Assembly (NCBI GenBank): GCA_964016885.1
Contig: OZ024746.1
Coordinates: 90,644,001 to 90,708,000 of the forward strand
Direction of reading: 5' to 3'
Source of the DNA: Eledone cirrhosa
Taxonomy: Eukaryota
Length of the DNA: 64,000 nt
Shown here: positions 52,234 through 64,000 of the stretch, piece by piece
Layout: each line of letters starts with the position of its first letter
Position numbering within the stretch: position 1 is the first letter of the stretch
Made by a program: the position numbers and the translations under genes
The notes under the pieces: generated by a model
Seen by the model: the letters and a program-made list of their open reading frames with translations, nothing else
Told to the model about the DNA's origin: nothing
The model's database searches: none

Positions 52234-52575
52234 GGAAAAAAATGAAATGAAATTTCATTTCCCACTATTAGTACGGCTGTTTCTTAAATATAAGTATGTA
52301 CACGTACATACATATATGTATACAGACGTACAGTAGTATGTATATATATATAAACACACGCACACATATATATATGTACATATGGATTCACCGAACATTT
52401 ATTATAATGCTCCGTGTGTTTGTAAACAAACATCCCGTATAAAGCTGTAGTGTCCAGCAACCATCGTTGCTCGTTTGTTCAACACTGACAAAGGAACGCT
52501 GTACTAGTTTCAAGCTTATTAGCTATCGTCAGCAACATATACCTTCCTGCCAGATTGTTGAACGTATATACTTAC

Positions 52576-52660
52576 CTTATGCATATTAACGGCTGAGTAG
52601 CCCAATTTGCATATCGAGTGGGTTAATCGGCCGGGTGCACCGAAAACGATAAACGGAAAA
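52576..52660 (-). promoter_or_regulatory. Candidate first exon/promoter of a minus-strand transcript
   Basis: Consensus donor AAG|GTAAGT at 52576/52575; locally CpG-rich unique sequence 52385-52657; ATG CAT AAG immediately before the donor. Confidence 0.4.
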
Positions 52661-52790
52661 AATATATATATATATGTATATATATAATATATATGTATAT
52701 ATATATATAATATATATATATATGTATATATATGTATATATATATATAATATATAATATATATGTATATATATATATAATATATATATAT

Positions 52791-53293
52791 ATAGGAATAG
52801 GCAGACCTAGAAAAACATGGGATGAGCTGATAAACTCCGACCTCACACACTTACACCTCTCCAAGACAATGTCACTGGACCGTGACCTTTGGCGGTACTC
52901 AGTAACAGAGAAGACCCGCCTTGCCAGTAGGCATCTCTAACAAACTACACCCCGTCCCGCCACCACCCCCACCCCATCCACACCACCCCGTTCTATGTAA
53001 AGTTATGTTGGTGCCGCGCCATCCAGGCCGAAACAAATGAGATCGTGTAGGTGTCACGACAAAAAAACACACAGTCCACACTGTAATGTGGCCGTGTAGG
53101 CAACACGGTAAAAACCTCCCAGACCCACACTGTAAATGTGGTTGGTGTTAGGAAGGGCATCCAACTGTAGAAAACCTGCCAGACAGTCCTATGCGAGCAA
53201 GACAATCACTCTTGCCTCAAGTGGGACTACCCCCGTCCAAACCCATGCAAGCGTGGAACACGGACGTTAAACGTTGATGTTGATGATGATGAT
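52791..53293 (+). mobile_element. RTE LINE 3' end and UTR
   Basis: Near-identical to 62730-63255 apart from a short deletion at the ORF end. Confidence 0.9.
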
Positions 53294-53297
53294 ATCC

Positions 53298-53333
<36 letters not shown>

Positions 53334-53482
53334 GGATATATATATATATATGGATATATATATATATATCCATATATATATATATATATCCATATATATA
53401 TATATATATATATATATATGGATATATATATATATCATATATATATATATATATCCATATATATATATATATATATATATAT

Positions 53483-53566
<84 letters not shown>

Positions 53567-53588
53567 ATATATATATATATATATATAT

Positions 53589-53638
<50 letters not shown>

Positions 53639-53728
53639 ATATATATATATATATATCCATATATATATATATATATATATATCCATATATATATATATAT
53701 ATCCATATATATATGTATATATATATAT

Positions 53729-53788
<60 letters not shown>

Positions 53789-53984
53789 CCATATATATAT
53801 ATATCCATATATATATATATCCATATATATATATATATCCATATATATATATATCCATATATATATATATCCATATATATATATATCCATATATATATAT
53901 ATCCATATATATATATATCCATATATATATATATCCATATATATATATATCCATATATATATATATATCCATATATATATATAT

Positions 53985-54018
<34 letters not shown>

Positions 54019-54072
54019 ATATATATATATATATATATATCCATATATATATATATATATATATATATATCC

Positions 54073-54136
<64 letters not shown>

Positions 54137-54148
54137 CCATATATATAT

Positions 54149-54226
<78 letters not shown>

Positions 54227-54282
54227 CCATATATATATCCATATATATATATATATATATATATATATCCATATATATATCC

Positions 54283-54318
<36 letters not shown>

Positions 54319-54470
54319 CCATACATATATCCATATATATATATATATATATATATATCCATATATATATCCATACATATATCCATATATATATATATAT
54401 ATATATATCCATATATATATATCCATATATATATCCATATATATATATATATATATATCCATATATATAT

Positions 54471-54506
<36 letters not shown>

Positions 54507-54646
54507 ATATATATATATATATATATATATCCATATATATATCCATATATATATATATATATATATATATCCATATATATATCCATATATATATATATAT
54601 ATATATATATATCCATATATATATCCATATATATATATATATATAT

Positions 54647-54694
<48 letters not shown>

Positions 54695-54740
54695 ATATAT
54701 ATATCCATATATATATCCATATATATATCCATATATATAT

Positions 54741-54777
<37 letters not shown>

Positions 54778-54786
54778 TATATATAT

Positions 54787-54829
<43 letters not shown>

Positions 54830-54838
54830 TATATATAT

Positions 54839-54910
<72 letters not shown>

Positions 54911-54933
54911 ATATATATATCCATATATATATA
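53293..54933. repeat. (TA)n array punctuated by CC
   Basis: Seen directly in sequence. Confidence 0.95.
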
Positions 54934-54973
54934 ATATTAAATAAATGGAAAACTATATTTATAAAACCATATT

Positions 54974-55039
54974 TATTTCATTATATATATTTCGGGGATA
55001 TCATATTAACAATATGCTATGCCTTCATCAGACAAAATA
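54974..55039 (-). ncRNA. Minimal type-I hammerhead motif (family P1, insert 54935-55195)
   Basis: TATTTTGT-CTGATGA-AGGCATAGCATATTG..AATATGATATCCCC-GAAA-TATAT-ATA-ATGAAATA. Confidence 0.75.
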
Positions 55040-55190
55040 CAATATAAACAGTTTTATAGATAAATATATTCGACATACCGTAATAAACATCAACTTCATT
55101 TGAAGAGGTTTACTCCAAATATTTGTCGAGTGCTTTTATATCAGTTATAAATATTTACTAGTTGTAACCCAACAATTTTAAATATAACTT

Positions 55191-55261
<71 letters not shown>

Positions 55262-55539
55262 ATATATATATATATGCATATATATATATATATATCCATA
55301 TATATATATATATATCCATATATATATATATATATCCATATATATATATATATATCCATATATATATATATATATCCATATATATATATATATATCCATA
55401 TATATATATATATATCCATATATATATATATATATCCATATATATATATATATATCCATATATATATATATATATCCATATATATATATATGGATATACA
55501 ATATTAAATAAATGGAAACTATATCTATAAAACCATATT

Positions 55540-55605
55540 TATTTCATTATATATATTTCAGGGATAACATATTAACAATATGCTATGCCTTCCTCAGACA
55601 AAATA
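55540..55605 (-). ncRNA. Minimal type-I hammerhead motif (mirror copy)
   Basis: Reverse complement of 55749-55814. Confidence 0.7.
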
Positions 55606-55748
55606 CAATATAAACAGTTTTATAGATAAATAGATTCGACATACCGTAACAACATCTACTTGCATTTGAGAAGGTTGAACCTTCTCAAATGCAAGTAGAT
55701 GTTGTTACGGTATGTCGAATCTATTTATCTATAAAACTGTTTATATTG

Positions 55749-55814
55749 TATTTTGTCTGAGGAAGGCATAGCATATTGTTAATATGTTATCCCTGAAATA
55801 TATATAATGAAATA
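55749..55814 (+). ncRNA. Minimal type-I hammerhead motif
   Basis: CTGAGGA 55757-55763, stem II ATAGCATATT/AATATGTTAT, GAAA 55795-55798, ATA 55804-55806, stem I TATTTTGT/ATGAAATA. Confidence 0.75.
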
Positions 55815-55941
55815 AATATGGTTTTATAGATATAGTTTCCATTTATTTAATATTGTAAATATACTCCAAATATTTGTCGAGTGCTTTTATATCAGTTATA
55901 AATATTTACTAGTTGTAACACAACAACTTAAATATAACTTT

Positions 55942-57167
<1,226 letters not shown>

Positions 57168-57170
57168 TGC

Positions 57171-58669
57171 AGTAATCTGGTGGGCTCTTAGAAAACTAGG
57201 AGTAGATGAATGGCTTGTGAAAGCGGTACAAGCCATGTATAGGGGAGCAGTCAGCAAAGTTAGGATTGGCAATGAGTATAGCGAGGAATTTAGCGTACAG
57301 GTTGGGGTCCACCAGGGCTCTGTTCTTAGCCCTCTCCTGTTCATCATAGTCCTGCAGGCAATAACGGAGGAGTTTAAGACCGGATGCCCATGGGAACTCC
57401 TGTATGCTGATGACCTCGCACTCATAGCTGAATCTATGGTAGAACTAGAGAATAAATTCCAAACCTGGAAGCAGGGACTAGAGAGAAAGGGCCTCAAAGT
57501 CAACATGACAAAGACTAAGGTCCTTATAAGTAGACGAGAAAACAGAACCCAGATCCCCTCAGGGAAATGGCCTTGCTCAGTATGTAGGAAAGGTGTAGGT
57601 AGGAACTCCATTCTTTGCCCAAATGCAAACAATGGGTACACAAGAGATGTAGCGGGATCTCAGGAAGCTTAATTAAGAATGTAGGATTCACATGCAGCAG
57701 CTGTGCTGAAACAGCAAGCAAACAGCCACAGGAAACAAGTACCACCAATCTCTGGGAGGGCCCTGTAGAAACAGTAGACAGCTTCTGCTACCTAGGTGAC
57801 CGAATTAGCAACGGAGGTGGGTGCTCAGAAAGTACAATAACTAGGGTAAGAACGGGATGGAAGAAGTTTAGGGAACTACTACCACTGCTAGCTGCAAAAG
57901 GCTTCTCCCTCAGAATGAAAGGCAGACTGTATGATGCGTGTACCCGAACAGCGATGTTGCATGGTAGTGAGACCTGGGCGCTGAAGGTGGAAGACCTACG
58001 TAGATTAGAGAGAAACGAAGCCTGCATGCTCCGATGGATGTGTAACAGTAATATACCGTGAACGACAAAGCATAAATGAATTGAGAGAGAGACTGAGCAT
58101 AAGAGGAATCAAATGCTGCGTGCAGGAGAGGCGGTTACGCTGGTATGGACATGTGATGCGTATGAAGGATGACAGCTGCATAAAAAGGTGCAGAGCACTA
58201 GAAGTTGATGGAAACCGCGGAGTGGGGAGACCCAAGATGACTTGGGATGAGGTGATAAAAGCCGACCTTACCCAACTACACCTCTCAAAGTCAATGACAC
58301 ACGACCGTGACTTCTGGCGTCACGCAGTAATACAGGGTACCCGACCTCCCATGGGTACATGCTGAAGCATATAAACAATATGCCCCCCCCCCCCACCCCA
58401 CCGCAAGGTGGTCGTGGAGGTGCCACGGCAAAAAAGCACCCAGCCCACACTGTAAAGTGGACGTGTAGGCGCCACGAAAAAGCACCCAGCACTCACTGTA
58501 AATGAGGTTGGTGTTAGGAAGGGCATCCAGCTGTAGAAATCAAGCCAGATCAGTTCCTGTATGAGCAAGGCATGGTCAGCCGACCAGACACTGCCCACAA
58601 CAGGACAACCCGTCTAACCCATGCTAGCGTGGAAGAACGGACGTAAAACGGTGATGATGATGATGATGA

Positions 58670-58670
<1 letters not shown>
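57171..58670 (+). mobile_element. RTE LINE, 5' truncated, RT C-terminal half to 3' end, two frameshifts
   Basis: [23 protein letters not shown], Cys/His finger, FCYLG, HGSETW, RRLRWYGH, (GAT)n tail. Confidence 0.95.
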
Positions 58671-62187
<3,517 letters not shown>

Positions 62188-63253
62188 TAGATTTTACATG
62201 TGGCCGGTGCTCTGGTGCAATAAGTAGCAGCAAGTGCCCACAAAATACTAGCTCTTTCAATGCGCAGAGGGTTCTATAGAAATAGTGGACAGCTTCCGTT
62301 ACCTGGGCGATAAAATCAGCAGTGGGGGAGGGTGCTCTGAAAGTACTGTAGCTAGAGTCAGAACTGGTTGGAAAAAGTTCAGAGAGCTTATACCACTATT
62401 AGCTGCTAAAGGGTTCTCCCTAAAAATGAAAGGCAGGTTGTACGATGCCTGCATACGAACAGCAATGATGCATGGCAGTGAGACCTGGGCATTGTGTGCA
62501 GAGGATATACGCAGACTAGAGAGGAACGAAGCTTGCATGCTCCGCTGGATGTGTAACAGTAATATACGTGAACGGCAAAGCATAAACGAACTAAGGAAAA
62601 AATTAGAAATAAGAGGGATCAGATGTTGTTTACTTGAGAGAAGGCTACGTTGGTATGGACACGTGATGCGCATGAAAGTCGATAGCTGTATAACAAAGTG
62701 CAGGGCAATAAAGATAGACGGTAGTCACGGAATAGGCAGACGTAGAAAAACCTGGGACGAGCTGATAAACTCCGACATCACACACTTACACCTCTCCAAG
62801 ACAATGTCACTGGACCGAGACCTTTGGCGGTACTCAGTAACAGAGAAGACCCGCCTTACCTAAATATATAGTAAAACCTACTCCAGCCAGTAGGCATCTC
62901 TAACAAAATACACCCCGTCCCACCACCCCCACCCCCACCCCATCCACACCACCCCGTTCTATGTAAAGTTATGTTGGTGCCGCGCCATCGAGGCCGAAAC
63001 AAATGAGATCGTGTAGGTGTCATGACAAAAAACACACAGTCCACGCTGTAATGTGGCCGTGTAGGCAACACGGTAAAAACCTCCCAGACCCACACTGTAA
63101 ATGTGGTTGGTGTTAGGAAGGGCATCCAACTGTAGAAAACCTGCCAGACAGTCCTATGCGAGCAAGACAATCACTCTTGCCTCAAGTGGGACTACCCCCG
63201 TCCAAACCCATGCAAGCGTGGAACACAGACGTTAAACGTTGATGATGATGATG

Positions 63254-63255
<2 letters not shown>
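62188..63255 (+). mobile_element. RTE LINE 3' portion with open C-terminal frame (62285-62863)
   Basis: [11 protein letters not shown]...RRLRWYGHVMRM; full 3' UTR and (GAT)n tail. Confidence 0.95.
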
Positions 63256-63287
<32 letters not shown>

Positions 63288-63314
63288 TATATATATATAT
63301 ATACATATATATGC

Positions 63315-63346
<32 letters not shown>

Positions 63347-63389
63347 TACATATACATATATATGCATATATATATATACATATATATGC

Positions 63390-63424
<35 letters not shown>

Positions 63425-63435
63425 CATATATATGC

Positions 63436-63466
<31 letters not shown>

Positions 63467-63471
63467 TATGC

Positions 63472-63528
<57 letters not shown>

Positions 63529-63615
63529 TATGCATCTATATATATACATATATAGATATATAGATATATATATATATATATATACATCTATATGCATATA
63601 TATATATACATATAT

Positions 63616-63652
<37 letters not shown>

Positions 63653-63681
63653 TATATGCATATATATATATACATATATAG

Positions 63682-63712
<31 letters not shown>

Positions 63713-63738
63713 TTATGCATATATATATATACATATAT

Positions 63739-63783
<45 letters not shown>

Positions 63784-64000
63784 CATCTATATGCATATAT
63801 ATATACATATATATGCATATATATATATACATATATATACATATATATATACATATATATGCATATATATATATACATATATATATATGCATATATATGC
63901 ATATATATATATACATATACATGCATATATATATATATACATATACATACATATATATACATATATATGCATATATATATACATATATATATATGCATAT
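63255..64000. repeat. (TA)n-derived array running off the window
   Basis: Seen directly in sequence. Confidence 0.95.

Larger units (their letters stand above)
55497..55857. repeat. Fold-back palindrome, 180-bp arms, 1-nt spacer (family P1)
   Basis: Centre 55677; no mismatch seen by eye; the plus arm continues to about 55940. Confidence 0.95.

Noticed and set aside
52568-52580. ATACTTACCT resembling the U1 snRNA 5' end
   Set aside because: Downstream sequence does not match U1; better read as a minus-strand splice donor.

Overview
Eukaryotic, AT-rich, repeat-dominated DNA; the repeat families suggest an Octopus/coleoid cephalopod genome (inference). No intact protein-coding gene is supported, and almost all long ORFs are translations of microsatellites or minisatellites. 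The window contains decayed RTE-clade LINE fragments whose ORF carries a C4HC3 PHD-like finger inside the RT C-terminal region, a second short RTE-like family, CRE-like restriction-endonuclease fragments, at least three tRNA-derived SINE families, piggyBac-type (TTAA) and hAT-type (8-bp TSD) MITEs, about a dozen minisatellites and very large (TA)n-derived arrays. A few splice-site-bounded, non-repetitive islands may be exons of a minus-strand, probably non-coding transcript. The main unexplained structure is a set of short non-coding inserts embedded in (TA)n tracts. They carry minimal type-I hammerhead ribozyme motifs (8 with recognisable core and stems, about 4 degenerate loci), and five of them form 64-180 bp-arm fold-back palindromes that put a hammerhead-type motif on each strand. 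This is most consistent with several families of (TA)n-targeting Penelope-like or retrozyme-like elements.
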